The notes: generated by a model not told the origin, from the sequence alone. 64,000 nt of DNA from Vicugna vicugna (GCA_013265495.1 MU058059.1:3015502-3079501); one strand, 5' to 3'. Shown: positions 24,990 to 39,910, numbered from the stretch's first letter. Numbers and translations are program-made.

Positions 24990-25330
24990 GAATATTCCAT
25001 CTCCTGCTTTTCAGCACATTATAAAATCACATTCCTTACCCCTGCCTTGAACTTGGGTGTGGCTCTTGGCCAATGAAATGTGAACAAAAGTTACACATGT
25101 CACTTCCTGCTAGAAATTTTAAGAGCCAAGACACCACCTGCCACGTTCCTCTTCTGCCTCAGCAGCTGTAGGGGCACGTGTCCCTCCACCTGCGCCTCTG
25201 AGTGCCTGTCATACACAGACCCACTTTAAATATGTAGCATGAAGGACAGATATGTCCTTGGGTGTTAAGCCACTGGGAGTTGGGAACTGTTTATTAAGGC
25301 AGCACACCTTAGCCCATCTTGACTGGAACA
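24990..25330 (+). mobile_element. MaLR LTR (MLT1-like)
   Basis: ggccaatgaaatgtgaacaaaagt...gtcacttcc and terminal gttaagccactgggagttggg...tgtttattaaggcagca. Confidence 0.65.
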
Positions 25331-25371
25331 ACTGTCAAAAATGGAAATGCAAATATAAATAATATGAAAAA

Positions 25372-27699
25372 AAACAACAAACACATGATCATCTCAACAG
25401 ATGCAGAACAAGCATTTGATAAAATTCAACATCTATTTGATAAAAACTTTCACCAAAGTAGGTACGGAAGGAACATATCTCAACGTAATAAAAGCTATTT
25501 ATGACAAACCCACAGCCAACACAATACTCAACAGTGAAGCTGAAAGCCTTCTGCTAAGTTCTGGGAAAAGACAAGGAGCCCCCTTTCACCACTTCTATTC
25601 AACATAGTATTGAAGTCCTAGCCACAGCAATCAGACGAGAAAAAGAAGTAAAAAGTATCCAAATTGGAAGGGAAGAAGTAAAACTGTCATTATATGCAGA
25701 TAGCATGATACTCTATACAGAAAATCCTGACTCTACATATTAAATTATCAGAACTGATAAATGAACTCGGCAAGGCTGCGAGAATCAATATTAACATACA
25801 GAAATCTGCTGCATTTCTTTACACTAACAATGAAATATCAGAAAGAGAAAAAAAAAACTCCCTTTAAAATCACATACAAAACAACCCCAAAAACTTAGGA
25901 ATAAACCTGACTGAGGAGGTAAAAGACTTATATGCTGAGAACTATAAAACACTGATAAAGGAAATTGGACATGATTCAAAGAAATGATTAGCTATTCCAT
26001 GCTCTTGGATTGGGAGAATACTGTTAAAATGGCCATACCACCCAAAGCAATCTACACATTTAATGAGATCCCTATCAAATTACACATGACATTTTTCACA
26101 GAACTAGAACAAATAATCCTAAAATTTATGGAATCACAAAAGACCCAGAATTGCCAATGCAATCCTGAGGGAAAAGAACAAAGCTGGAGGAATAACCCTC
26201 CTAGACTTCAGATACTACTGCAGGGCTATAATAATCAAAACAGCATGGTATTGGCACAAAAACAGATATGTTGATCAAGAAACAAAACAGTCCAGAAATA
26301 AACCCACACACCTACAGTCAATTAATCTTCAACAAAGGAGGCAAGAATACACAATGGAGAAAAGACAGCCTCTTCAACAGTGGTGTTGGGAAAGCTGGAC
26401 AGCCACATGTAAATCAATGAAGTTAGAACACTCCCTCACACCATACACACACAAAAAAACTCAAAATGGCTTAAAGACTTAAGACAGGACACCATAAATC
26501 TCCCAGAAGAGAACATAGGCAAAAATTTCCCTGAGATAAATCATAGCAAATGTTCTGTGAGGTCCATCTCCCAAGGCCAAAAAAAAAGCAAAAATAAATG
26601 AGACCTAATCAAAACTAATAAGCTTTTGTTCAGCACAGGAAACCACAGACAAAATGAAGACAACCAATGGAATGGGAGAAAATATTCGCAAATGATGCAA
26701 CCAACAAGAGGTTAATCTCCAAAATACACAAATAGCTCATACAGCTCAGTATCTTAAAAAAAAAAAACCATCAAAAAAATGGGCAGAAGATCTGAATACA
26801 CATTTCTCCAAAGAAGACAAAGATTAACCGATGCTCAACACTGCTAATTATTAGAGAAATGCAAATCAAAACTATAGTGAGGTACTGTCTCATGACCAGA
26901 ATTGCTATCATCAGAAAGTTTACAAATAATAAATGCTGAATAGGGTGTGGAGAAAAGGAAACCCTCGTATGCTGGTGGGAATGTACACTGGTACAGCCAC
27001 TATGGAAAACAGTACGGAAGTCCCTTAAAAAACAACACATACCAGCAATCCCACTCCTGTGTATATAACTGGAAAATATAAAAACTCTAATTCACAAAGA
27101 TCCATGCACCCCAGTGTTCATAGCAGCACTATTTACAAAGTCAAGACATGGAAGCAACCAAAGTGCTTATCAACAAGTAACTGGATAAAGATGTGATATT
27201 TACATACACACACATGCACAAACAATGGAACATTACTCAGCCATAAAAATAATGAAATGTCACCTGCAGCAAAATGGATGGACCTGGAGATTTTCATACT
27301 AAATGAGGTAACTCAGAGAGAGAAAAACAAGTATTATATAGTATCACTTATATGTAGAATCTTTAAAAAAAATGATACAAATGAACTTATTAACAAAACA
27401 GAAGCAGACTCACAGACATAGAAAACAAACTTCTGGCTACCAAGGGGGAAAGTGGGTGGGAGAAGGGAAAAATTAGGAGGTTGAGATTAACAGATACACA
27501 CTACTATATATAAAATAGATAAACAACAAGGACGTACTGTATAGCACAGGGAACTATACTCAGTATCTTGTAATAACCTACAATGGAAAAGAATATGAAA
27601 AAGACTATGTACAACTGAATCACAATGCTGTACCTCAGAACCGACACAACACTGTCAATCAACTAGACTTCAATAAAAATAAACAAATAAGCACACATA
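25372..27699 (+). mobile_element. 5'-truncated LINE-1 (RT domain to 3' end), disrupted ORF2
   Basis: ORF pieces [28 protein letters not shown] and [17 protein letters not shown]; ends in caataaaaataaacaaataa. Candidate TSD aatatgaaaaa at 25361-25371 and 27700-27710. Confidence 0.92.
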
Positions 27700-28099
27700 A
27701 ATATGAAAAACTAGGTCAGATTTTCCCAGCATGTAAAACTGCTACTTGTTAAGAAAGAGGTAAGAGAATTTAAAGCTATGCTAACAGTTGTTACTTTGCT
27801 GAATTATTTGAATTTATAATAGAAGGCACTTCCCATTCCCTTAAGCCGTGGTATCACCAGACCTAAGTGACTACATGGATGAAGCAGAAACGAACAGTCC
27901 AGCATTCCAGCGATGCTGCTCCCCGCCCCATTCCTGCTCTTCCCAGTGACTCTTGTTGGACAAGCATGGGCTGAGTCCCTCCCTTGACCCAGCAAAGGTG
28001 AAGCGTGGTTTCTGAGGGAATGACCAGTGCACACTGGCAGAGATCTTAGAAGACCCCCACAAGCCTTTATGTGATACATAATTTTAACAACGGCAACTA

Positions 28100-28440
28100 T
28101 CTCTAGTGGGTGCTTCCCCTATAACTTAGCACCATGGTCTCCACCTCGCCACATTTTAGAGTCACTCAGAGTAAATTAAGGCCGTTCCCCAGATCAGACT
28201 CCCTTGGGCTTGGCCATCAGTGTATTTTAGATGTTTCCCATGCTGGTTCTGTGCAGCCAAGATTGAAAACTACTAGTAGAGTAGAATTACACAACCTAGA
28301 GGGTCTCAAACCTTGCCGCACACTGGGATCACCTGGGGTGCCTTCAGAAACCCATGCCTGCCTCCCAGCCCGGACCTTGTAATGTAATTTTGTCTGGGGT
28401 GAGAGCTGCACAATGCAACTTTTTCAAGAATCCCCACTGG
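28100..28440. mobile_element. Two adjacent MER5-like (hAT-Charlie) DNA transposon remnants
   Basis: ...gttctgtgcagccaagattgaaaactacta and gggtctcaaaccttgccgcacactgggatcacctgggg motifs. Confidence 0.55.
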
Positions 28441-31400
28441 AACTAATTCCGTTCTGCAGCACTGTTCTCTTTGAACCAGATTTAAGAGCTCGGGGTCTGA
28501 GTCAGACAGATGTGGGTACACCACCGTGCAGTTATGAGTGTGGCCCTCACAATGTCTGGAGTTCGGCTTTCTCACTCTGTAAGGTGGGCGTCACAGGTGG
28601 TGAGAGCTAGCCGGGGCCTGTCAGATGCCACCAGCTCGGGAAATGCAGCAGTATCTCATACAGTCCTCTCGACGGCCGGGGGAATCATGGTTACCTGTCC
28701 TGCCCTGAGCTACAAGGACGTGGCTAAGATGGGTGGTTGGCTGTCTCAAGACTGCACGGTAATAACTGGAGAAGCAGAACTCACCCCTGGGCTTCACTGA
28801 GCAGCAGCTGCAGTGGGCCCACACCCACCCCTGCCCACGGGCTGAACTGGCCCCGACGCAGGACGCTCTTAGGCTGCCAGGTGGACTCAGCCCACCTCAG
28901 CGCACCTGCATCTGTCCTGGAGCTTAACAGACTAAATCGTGTCTTAAATTTCAATCTCTTCATTTCTGCGCAAGGTTGTGCAGTAGCCTCAACTGACCTA
29001 CTGGACCAGAATCCTTTACTCAATGTGTTCTTGAAAAGCAAAGGTTACCCACCACTGTTTCTTCTGTTCACGCAGTGCCCTTTCTAAGGGATCACGGCCT
29101 GTTAAGTCCTCACGTAACTGACACACAAGGATGAACTCGGGCTTGGGTGACACGGTACTCACATCCGCTGCACGGAGGAGTTGTCCCGGCACCACCCCAG
29201 CCCCTCCCCCGTGAGCAGAAGCTGCAACCATGACTGATGGGGCGGCACCAGGCGTGGCTGGGGTGGGCCAGGGCAGGGGGCCCGCCTCCTCTTGTCTCCA
29301 TCACCCCTCACACTTTACTCAGATGTGAATGACTGACTTCTCACTGCTACGTAAAGCGACATGAAAACAACTTCAAGAATGTTCTATAGTCCCCCAGGAT
29401 GCTCCTATACAGAAATGCCGGAGCAGCGGTCACAGCCTGGCTAAGGCAGGACCCCCACGGGCTTTGGGCTGCAGGGTTGTGAAGTGGCCAGTGCTGGCAA
29501 TTTCATGCCCCAAGAAAACAAGGGATTTCTTGGTGTGAAAATCCACCATTCCCCAGGCCACAAAGAGAACGTTTTCAGTCACTTCTTGCCTCGTTGGCTT
29601 GACCTCAGTCCTGAAAGAGGTCATTCCCAGACCATACCGGTCAAATCAGAGATTCAAAATAAGACAGAAACATCCTCCCCGCTGAGAACTCTGTGTCCTC
29701 AAAAGTAGAGTCCAAATTGAATTGAATTCTCGGAGCTGTTAAAGATCTTGTCTAAATTTACCCTGACCCACTTAGGGGAGGAGCAGCAACAAAGCAGACC
29801 TTTTAAAAATGACATTTGGGACACTGAGCTCAAGGCACTGAGGCCCCATAAAGCAGCCAGTGACCAGTTTGAAGGTTCGATCTAATATTAATTTGCCACC
29901 AGGGAGACCAGATGGGCGTCGAAGTGCTGCCGGATGGTCAAGGCCGGGCTGGGTCAGCACCTGTGCACAGGGTGCCCAGGAGGCTGCAGCTGGACCATGA
30001 CGCAGGCACGGCTCGTTGCCTAGCAATACTGCACAGATGTCACTCAGGAGCATTAGTACCTCATCTGGTGAGGACGGCGCTCTGGCATTTCGACAAAACA
30101 TCTAATGGGTTTTGAGTCACTGCTCCAGGTGGGAGATACAGCAATGTGGCATGCGTGTTGGAGGCCGGAACCCTACCTCTCCCTCTGTATTTAAAATGGC
30201 CTGATCTCCCGTCCCCTTGGAAGTGGCCCACCCACCCCTCGAGGCTGGGCAGGTGGCAGGCGTTTACCCAGGAAGGCTGGTTTATGTTTCCATCTTCCTC
30301 CAGTCTACTTCTGCTCTGTCCTCTGCAGTGAGATGAAAGCTAAGGGGACTCCTTTCCTAGGCTCCATGGAACCCTGAATTAATGCTTTATGGCTTCAAAG
30401 GCACAGTGGGTCGTGAGCCCCATGAAGGCAGGGGAGAGTCTCCTTCTGATAATCTCCTAGTACCCTGCGCAGCTTAGGAGACCATCGAGAGAGCCAGTAC
30501 TCTCATTTCCAATTTCTTTTAAGAGAAAGTGCATTAAAATTTAAGGAATATAGCTTAGCCTAAAAGACCCATTGCCTAGCATCAACGCCCATGGTAACAC
30601 AATGGAAAAGCACGCTGTAATGCTAATAGCCGGTGTGCACATAAATTCACGGTTTCAAGAAGCACTTTTACACACAGCTCTCCTTTCATACAGTTAGGAT
30701 CTGGGTCCCTGTTTCCCTTCAGTCACTCTCTCCTGGCCCTTTCTATGACCCCCCCCCTTGCTCAGGTCACTTGGCCACCCTCCAGGCTGTAAACTGCTCT
30801 CCAGGGGACCCAGCCTCTCAGAGGCCCTGGCCCACCCTGCCCCCAGGAGACACAGCAGCAGACCCAGGGGAAGCAGGAAGGCGGATAGGAAGAGAGCGGT
30901 TTCAGAAGCCGCACATCCCACCTCTGCCCCCAATTTGGAATCCTCCCATGTCTATCGGCTGGGCCTAACATGCCCGGAAATTCTAACAATAAACATGAGA
31001 ACAATCGTTTATTGAGCCCCTGACCACATGCCAGGTACCATCTCATTTAATACAATCACCCTGGGCATCTCTCAGGTGAGGGAACGTGGCTGAGTGTGGC
31101 ACCAGAGGTAAGAGTGGGACCCAGGGCAGGCTCGCAGCCCACGGCCAGCACCGTTCACCCCTGCCCAGCTCAATGCACAAAGCCCCAGCAGCGTGTGTGA
31201 ACATCTCCAGGAACACGTCCCTGGTAATCTGCTCCCCGCCCGCGCACCAGGTGGGTCAGCAGTGGGAGTCTGTCTGTCCGTTCACTCAGCAAACACACAG
31301 TGCAGAGCCACACCACAGGACGCTCTGCTGGACTGTGCCCACAGAAGGAGATGCAGACATAAGAAAACTCACTGGGAAGGGCACCTGCACAGGACGGGGC

Positions 31401-34400
31401 AGGCCGAGTGCCACAGGGCCCAGAGGAGGCACGGCCGCTCTGCTGGTGGCTCCACAGTGACATGAGAGACAGGAGATGATCGACCCTCCGGTGTCACAGA
31501 AGACTGAGGGAGCCCCACAGGTGGCAGGTGAGGGGCTCGAATCCAGAGACCTCACAGCAGCTCCATTAGTCCTGCAGAGGCAAGTGCTGTCCCTGCGGTG
31601 TCCGTGCAGCGGTGCCTTTCAACGAGCCATTCAGCAAACAGCTGCACTCCCCTCACGTGCTGGGCACCCTGCGAGCGGCCGAGCACGTGGCAGGAGCCAG
31701 GACAGCCCCAACTTCTGGCCTCACAGAGCAGCCAGCCTTGTGCCCAGGCTCATCACACGGAGAACTGGCCCCGCCAGCACTTGCTACAGCATGGACACAC
31801 ACGGAGATTTACTGCAGTGTAACCTGCAGATGCTGGCAAACGCCAGCTTGCAAACAAAGCCGCTTTAAACCACAGCCACTGCGCCAGACGCCAAGGGCGA
31901 CTGAGGACAGAGATGCCCATGTCTGCAGTGGCCTGGGGCCAAGAGCATTACTGTGCTGATGTTTGTCAGGCAGTGTATCTTTGTAAGATGACATTTTGTC
32001 AAAGATAGGTGATCCGCTCAACGAAGCCCACTGCTCAAAAATCTTCCAGGAAACATAATGTACACAACATTCCCGTCCTGCCTTGGTCACTACCCTCCAA
32101 TGTCCATGCTTCTACTAACTGAGCGGGTTAAGCCATCCTGAAGAGTTCACAATTACAGGGTAACACAGGAGCAGGGCTTGCCCACATCCTGACTGTGTTT
32201 TAAGCTACTGTGGGACTTTGATAAATCTCGTGCCTATCCAGCCAAGCAAGCCAGATGGCAAGACACATTCAAGGTCTCTGCCTCAATTCCTGGTGTAACT
32301 ATTATCACTATCATCATTACTCATGTCCTCCTGTTGTCCACTCATCTCTCTGTCCCCCCATCCATCTGTCCATCTTCCATTCATTTCACGCTCCTGTCCA
32401 TGCCAGAGGTCAGGAGGAGATTCCCCAGTGCATCCTCTCAGTTCAGAGTAAGAGCTGGAAGAGGACTGAAGTTGGGCAGCTTGTACAAATAACTGAAAAA
32501 CACCAATGCAGCTTGTGGGAGGATGTTTTCCGGAAAGCCCTGACAACAGATCTGCAGGCACCACCAGGAGAGTGTAGACACCTCCCTCTGGGCATCAGCA
32601 GTCACCTTCCACCTAAACGCCTCCCAGCAATCATGTCACCCCAAAGCCGCACCTCCCTGAGTGGGCCAGCCCACCCCTCGGGGGGGCCATGGCTCTGGGC
32701 CAGGCAACTTCCCTGCACTGAGCAGCTGGACGAACCTTTCCCTCCGCCCAAGGCGTGTCCTCTCCATGGGCTCTCCACCAGGGTCTCCTGGGCTCAAGGG
32801 CTATGCTGTTTGTACCGCGTGCTCTTTCTCACACGCATGAGAGGCACCAGAGCTGGGAATACAGCTCCCGCAGGCCCCCAGTGCCATTTGATGTCATACA
32901 TCATTTGACATGGAGCACAAGTCCAGTAACAATCCCACTTTCCTCCCAACTTCTGATCACATGTCCTTAGTAAATTACCCAGGAATTGCTCTGTGCATCC
33001 TGTGTGTAGTCTCCCTTCTCCGTAAATCTGCTCAGCTGATTATCATGTTTTGTTTTTAGTGTAAACTCTGCATATCCAGATTATAGTTAAGATTCTTTCA
33101 CTCACTCAATCATTTATTAACCACCTACCATATCCTGGTCTCAGTTACAGGGATGTGGAGATGAGTCACCGGAGACCCTGACTCAAGGAGACCCTCAGAG
33201 TCCACGGGAAGAGAACGCACTTCCCTAAGTCATAGGGTATCGTGGAGCAGAGAGGGGGGTGCACCGAATTCTACCTCAGGAGCAGCAAATTCAAACGTGA
33301 ACCCCACCAACACACCACTGTCTCAGTCCACTTTGGGGATGAGACTCTTGACTCAAATAGGGCCCTTCTAATTCACTTTTTATTCAAAATGTCTAGCTAG
33401 GTTCTTTAATCTTCATAAAGATAGCAAAGGATTAATTGAGACTGACTGAACTTACACCCAAATTACGACATGTTACAACACAGCACTCCCATTAGAGTCC
33501 ACAAGCGAGTCATAAACACAGGCTGTGGGTCCATCTTCGTCCTCCAGGAGGGGGTTGGTGGGGGTGAGGTCAAGGCCCACCTTGTTCTCTACAATGTCCC
33601 GCCTGGGCTGCCAGTGCTGATTCCCGGTCTTCTGCCGATACCTCCACTAAATGGACCATCTTTACTCACGATCCCCTTGAACCAGCCTGTGTCCCTTCAG
33701 TGAGCTCTACTGTGCACTGTTAGGACAGCTGTGAATCCCCTCCCCTCCCCCTGCCAAGTGCTGCTCGGTGCCCCTGCTCCCTCTGCAGGACCTGTGTCCT
33801 GGTGAAACTGCCGACCCTGGGCTGTAGCTGCAGCTGTGAGAGAAGCAGACCTCCAGTGCACAGACACAAGGACAGGGAAACTGTGTCTGTGGACCCTGGG
33901 GAGTCACAGGTCAGCAGGCAACCCTGAGTCACTTCCTGACATGTGCTGCATGGGCTACGGAGGCTGGGAAGAGTGTGGACAGTGAAAGAATACCTGAACT
34001 CTGGGAGAGTGTCTCTTGCTTTGAAATACAAGGGGAGTCTCACATAATCTTGTAAGAGGGGGAAAAAAAAGGAAAAATCGGTGCAGGATGGGTCCTGCAG
34101 GGAGGGAGCATCATAGGAAGAAAGGCACCCACATGCTGGGATGTCCCCTCACCAGCCGGGAGGTTGGGGGGACAGAAGCGGAGCTTCTGAGACTCGGATG
34201 AGAAAGTGGCAGTCACTTGACAGGCACACAGAACTAAGGGGAACTGACACGGAGGGTCCGTCCAATCCCCAGCCCTAGACATGAGCCAGCAGGGACGAGC
34301 AGGGACTGCCTGCTGGAGATTTGTGAGGAGCCCGGGCAGAGGGCTGGGGCCCACAGCATAGAGGCCACCTCAGGGGGCTGGAGGGTGGTGCAAGCTCTGG

Positions 34401-34757
34401 CTGGGTGTGCTGAATTCAACAGTCTGAGACCGCCCCATAGAAAGTACCACTGTTGGTGTGCATGGCGGGGAGGGGCGCATACGGCTGAGCCATAGCTGCT
34501 GCCTCCACTTGGCTCCATTGTCTGTCTGTTCTTGCAAGAAAAGAGATGGGGCTCAGCGGTCATAGCCATTGCTGCTGGGCTGAAAGCTGAATCCACACCC
34601 AGTGGCCCTGCAACTTCGCAGGCAGGACTGAGATTTGTTTACAGCCCCAGAGAGGGTGGATTTGCTCTCCCTGGATCCTCTGTGGACCAGGGCTTTCTGG
34701 GATGAACAGGCAGTGAGCGGAGTTCTGGCGCCCGGCCTGGGTGAGTTCAGGTATTTA

Positions 34758-37700
34758 CAACAGGTAACTAAATACGTAAAACAAATACTAACAGATATAA
34801 AGGGAGAAACTGATGGGAAGGAGACTTCAACATTCCACTAACATCATTGGACAGATCTTTCAAACAGAAAATCAATAAGGCAACAGATCTTTCAAACAGA
34901 AAATCTAATGACACGATAGAATAGTTGGACTTGGTTTATTTTTTAAAACATTACATCCCCCCATAACAGAATATACATTCTTTTCAAGCAGTTATGAAAC
35001 ATTCTCTAGGACAGACCACATACTCGGCCACAAAAGAGGCCTCAACAAATTTAAGAGGATAGAAATTATTTCAAGCATCTTTTCTGACCACAATGGCATG
35101 AAACTAGAAATCAATCACAGTAAAACAAATGAGGAAAAAATGACAGCATGGAGACTAAACAACAGGCTACTAAAAAACCAATGAGTCAATGATGAAATCA
35201 AAGAAGATATTAAAAAAGACCTTGAGACAAACGACAATGAAAACATAACCACATGAAATCTATGGGATGCAGCAAAAGCAGTCCTAAGAGTGAAGTTCAC
35301 AGCAATACAGACCTTCCTCAAAAAACAAGAACAATCTCAAACAAACAACCTAAACTACTACAAAAAGAATTAGAAAGAGAATAAACAAAGCCCAAACTCA
35401 GTGGAAGGAAAGAAATAATAAAGACAAGGGAGGAAATAAAATAGAGATTTTAAAAAAACAATAGAAAAATCAATCAAACCAAGAACTGGGTTTTTGAAAG
35501 AGTAAAAAAAAATGGACAGACCTCTGACCAGGCTCACCGAGAAGAAAAGAGAGAAGACAAACACAGAAAGAGAGGAAAATGGAGAAATTACAACCAACAT
35601 CACAGAAATACAGAAAATCATGAGAATACTATGAACAACTATATGGCAATAAATTGGACAACTTAGAAGAAATGGCCAAGTTTCTAGAAATATACAGTTC
35701 ATCAAAACTGAATCAAGAAAAAATACATCATTTGAACAGACCAACCACTAGAAGTGAAACAGAATCAGCAATAAAAAAACCTCCCTGCAAACAAAAGTTC
35801 AGGACCAGATGGCTTCACGGGGGAATTCTATAAAACATATAAAAGAGCTCATACTGATCCTTCTCAAACTCTTCCAGAAGAGTGAAAAGGAGGGAATACT
35901 CCCCAAACTCTTTCTATAAAGCCACCAGAGCCAGACAAAGACATTACCAAAAAAGAAAACCATAGACCAATATCATTAATGCACTCAGATGCAAAAATCC
36001 TCTACGAAATTTTAGCAAACAGAATACAACAGCACATAAAAAAGATCAAACACCATGATCAAAGTAAGTTCATCCCAGGGACACAAAGATGGTTCAACAT
36101 AGGCAAATTAATCATCACATCAACAAGAGAAGGGGACAAAAATGACATGATTGTCTCAATAGATGCAGAAAAAGCATTTGATAAAATTCAACACCCATTT
36201 ATGATAAAAACTCCAACCAAAGTGGGTATACAGAGAACATATATCAACATAATAAAAGCTATTTATGACAAACCTATAGCCAGCATAATAGTCCTAAGGG
36301 TGAAAAGTTGAAAGACTTCCCGCTAAAATCTAGAATACAAGGATGCCCACTCTCAACACTTCTATTCAACACAGCCTTGGAAGTCCTGGCCACAGCAGAT
36401 AGGCAAGAAAAAGAAATAAAAGGGATCCAAATTGGAAGTGGACAGGTAAAATTGTTAGTATATGCAGACGACATACTATGTATAGAAAACGCTAAAAGCT
36501 TCACATAAAAATTACTAGAGCTGATAAAAGAATTCAGCAAGGTAGCAGGATTCAAGATTAACATATAAAAATCAGTTGTATTTCATGACACTAACAGTGA
36601 ATTAGCAGGAAAAGAAAGCAAAGATACAATCCCTTTTAAAATCAAATCCAAACCAATTAAATACTTAGGAATAAATCTGACCAAGGAGGTGAAAGATTTA
36701 CACGGAGCACAAAACATTGATTAAGGATATTAAAGATGACATGAAGAAATGGAAAGATACCCCAGTCTCTTGGATTGGAAGAATCAGTATCTATAAATGG
36801 CCATACTACTCAAGGCAATCTATAAATTTAACATGATCCCTATCAAATTACCCAGGAGACTTTTAACAGATCAAAACAAACAATCCTAACATGTATATGG
36901 AAAAATGAAATACCCAGAATCGCCCAGCAATACTGAAGAAAAAGAGCAAAGATGGAGGGATAACCTTCCTAGACTTCAGACACCACCACAAGAGCGACAG
37001 TAATCAAAACACCGCAGTATTGCCATAAAAACAAATATATGGATCAATGCAACAGAATACAGAGCCCAGAAATAAACTCACAGACCTACGGTCAACAAAT
37101 TTCTGACAAAGGAGGCAAGAATACACAATGGAGAAAAAAACAATCTCTTCAGGAAGTGGTGTAGAGAAAACTTAACAGCAGCATGTAAATTAATGAAGTT
37201 TTAGAACACTTTCCCAAACATACACAAATATAAACTCCAAATGGCTTAAAGACTTAAATATAAGACAAGACACAATAAACCTCTTAGAAGAAAACATAGG
37301 CAAAACATTCTCTGACATAAATCTCTGCCATGTTCTCCTAGGGCAGTCTACCCAAGCAATAGAAATAAAAGCAAAAATAAACAAATGGGATCTAATTAAG
37401 CTTAACAGCTTCTGCACAGCAAAGGAAACCATAAGCAAAACAAATATGCAACCTACAGAATGCGAGAAAACATTTGCTAAAGATGAGGCTGACAAGGGCT
37501 TCAACCCATCCAAAAATGGGCAGAAGACCTAAACAAACCATCCTACAATGAAGACATACAAATGGCCGATAGTAACATGAAAAAAAGGCTATCACTAATT
37601 CTCAGAGAAATGCAAATCAAAATGACACTGACGTATCACCTCATACCAGTCAGAATGGCCAGCATTTAAAAGTCCACAAACGATAAATGCTAGAGTGGCT

Positions 37701-38464
37701 GTGGAGAAAAGGGAACCCTCCTACACTGCTGGTAGGAATGCAGTTTGGTGCAGCCATTATGGAAAACAGTATGGAGAGTCTTCAAAAGACACACATACAC
37801 AAAAATGCTTTTCCCATACGATCCAGCAAGCCAACTCCTGGGCATATACCCAAAGGGAACCTGAATTCAACAAGATACATGCACCCCAATGTTCACAGCA
37901 GCACTATTTATAATGGCCAACACATGGAAGCAACTTAAATGTCCATCAACAGATGACTGGATAAAGAAGCTGTAGTATTTTTATACAATGGAATACTACT
38001 CATCCACCAAAAAGAATAAAATAACACCATCTATACCAACATGGATGGACCTAGAGATCATCATTCTAAGTGAAGTAAGCCAGAAAGACAAAGAAAAATG
38101 TCATATAATATCACTCAAATGTGGAATCCAAAAAAAAAAAGACAAAAATAAAGGATACTGTGAACTCATTTATTAAACAGAAACAGACTCACAGACACAG
38201 TAAACAATCTTCTGGTTACTGAGAAAAGCAGGAGGGAAGGAATAAATTTGTGAGTTTGAGGTTTGCAAATGTTAGCCACTATATATAATAGATTTTTTTA
38301 GTTTCTTCTGTTTAGCACAGGGACTATATTCAATACCTTGTAATAACCTTTAATGAAATAGGATATGAAAACAAATACACGTATGAATATGCATGACTGG
38401 AAAACTGTGTTGCACACCAGAAATTGACACATTGGAACCAAATGTACTTGAATAAAAAAAAAAA
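34758..38464 (+). mobile_element. LINE-1, ORF2 endonuclease region to poly(A), multiply disrupted
   Basis: KYVKQILTDIKGE (EN), [30 protein letters not shown] and LLVYADD (RT YADD motif); 3'UTR ends in aataaaaaaaaaaa. Confidence 0.95.
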
Positions 38465-39910
38465 CCCAGCATAATATTCGTACAAAAACACACATATGGG
38501 TCAATGGAACACAACAAAGAGCTCAGAAATACACACACAAAATTCTGGTCAGTTAACGTTTGACAAAGGAGCCAAGAACCTACAGTGGAGTAAAGACAAT
38601 CTCTTCAGCAAATGGTGTTGGGAAAGCCGGACAGCTGCATGTAAATCAATGAAGTCAGGATACTCCCTCACGCTATACACAAAAATAAACTCAAAATGGC
38701 TTAAAGCCTTAAACATAAGGCAAGACACTATAAACCTCTTAAAAGAAAACACAGGCAAAACATCCTCTGACATAATTCTCTGCCATGTTCTCCTAGAGCA
38801 GTCTACGCGGGCAGTAGAAATAAAAGTAAATATAAACAAACGGGACCTAATTAAGCTTAGCAGCTTCTGCACAGCAAAGGAAACCATAAGCAAAGCAAAA
38901 AGACAGCCTACAGAATGGGAGGAAATAGTTGCAAAGATGAAACTGACAGGGGCTTAATTTCCATAATTTATCAACACCTCACTCAGTAAGAAAAAAAGAA
39001 ACGACCCAATCCAAAAATGGGCAGAAGAGCTAAACAAGCCATTCTCCAATGAAGACATGCAAACAGCCAACAGGCACATGAAGAAAAGCTCAATATCACT
39101 AATTATCAGAGAAATGCAAATCAAAGCTACAATGAGGTATCACCTCACACCAGTCAGAACGGCTGTCATTCAAAAATGCACAAACGACAAATGCTGGAGA
39201 GGGTGTTGAGAAAAGGGAACCCTCCCACGCTGCTGGTGGGAATGTAGTTTGTCACAGCCGTTCTGGACAACAGTATGGAGATCCAGCAATCCCACTCCTG
39301 GGCATATATATCCAGAGGGAACCTTAATTCAAAATATACCTGCATCCCAATGTCCATAGCAGCACTATTTACAACAGTTAAGACATGGAAACAACCAAAA
39401 TGTCTATCAAGAGATGACTGGATAAAGAAGCTGTTTTATTTTATATAATGGAATACTACTCATCCATGAAAAAATAAAATGCCACTTTCAGCACCATGGA
39501 TGGAACTAGAGATAACCATTCTAAGTGAAGTAAGCCAGAAAGAGAAAAATACCATATGATATCACTCATATGTGGAATCTTAAAAAAAGATAAACGAACT
39601 GATTTAAAAAATAGAAAACAAATTTATGTTTACAGGACTGGGGTGTGGGAAAGACAAGGGAAGGGATAAATAGGGAGTTTTAGATTTGCCGGTACTAACA
39701 TATATAAAATAGATAAACAAGTTTACGCTGTATAGCATAGGGAACTATATTCAGTATCTTGTAGCAACTTCTGTTGGGAAAAAAATAGGAAAATGAATAT
39801 ATGTATGTTCATGTATGACTGAAGCATTATGCTGTACCCCAGAAACTGACACAATGTTGTAAACTGACAGTACTTCAATAAAAATACATATATATTAAAA
39901 AAAAAAAAAG
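38465..39910 (+). mobile_element. Second 5'-truncated LINE-1 directly after the poly(A) of the first
   Basis: ORF 38496..38957 (QLTFDKGAKNLQWSKDNLFSKWCWES...) repeats the region already seen at ~37010-37500; has its own 3'UTR and poly(A). Confidence 0.92.

Noticed and set aside
32255..32908. 217-aa ORF
   Set aside because: Begins in degenerate (CAT/CCAT)n low-complexity sequence and has no recognisable homology.
34758..39910. Active LINE-1 or novel reverse transcriptase gene
   Set aside because: No ORF1 or 5'UTR, and ORF2 has many stops and frameshifts.
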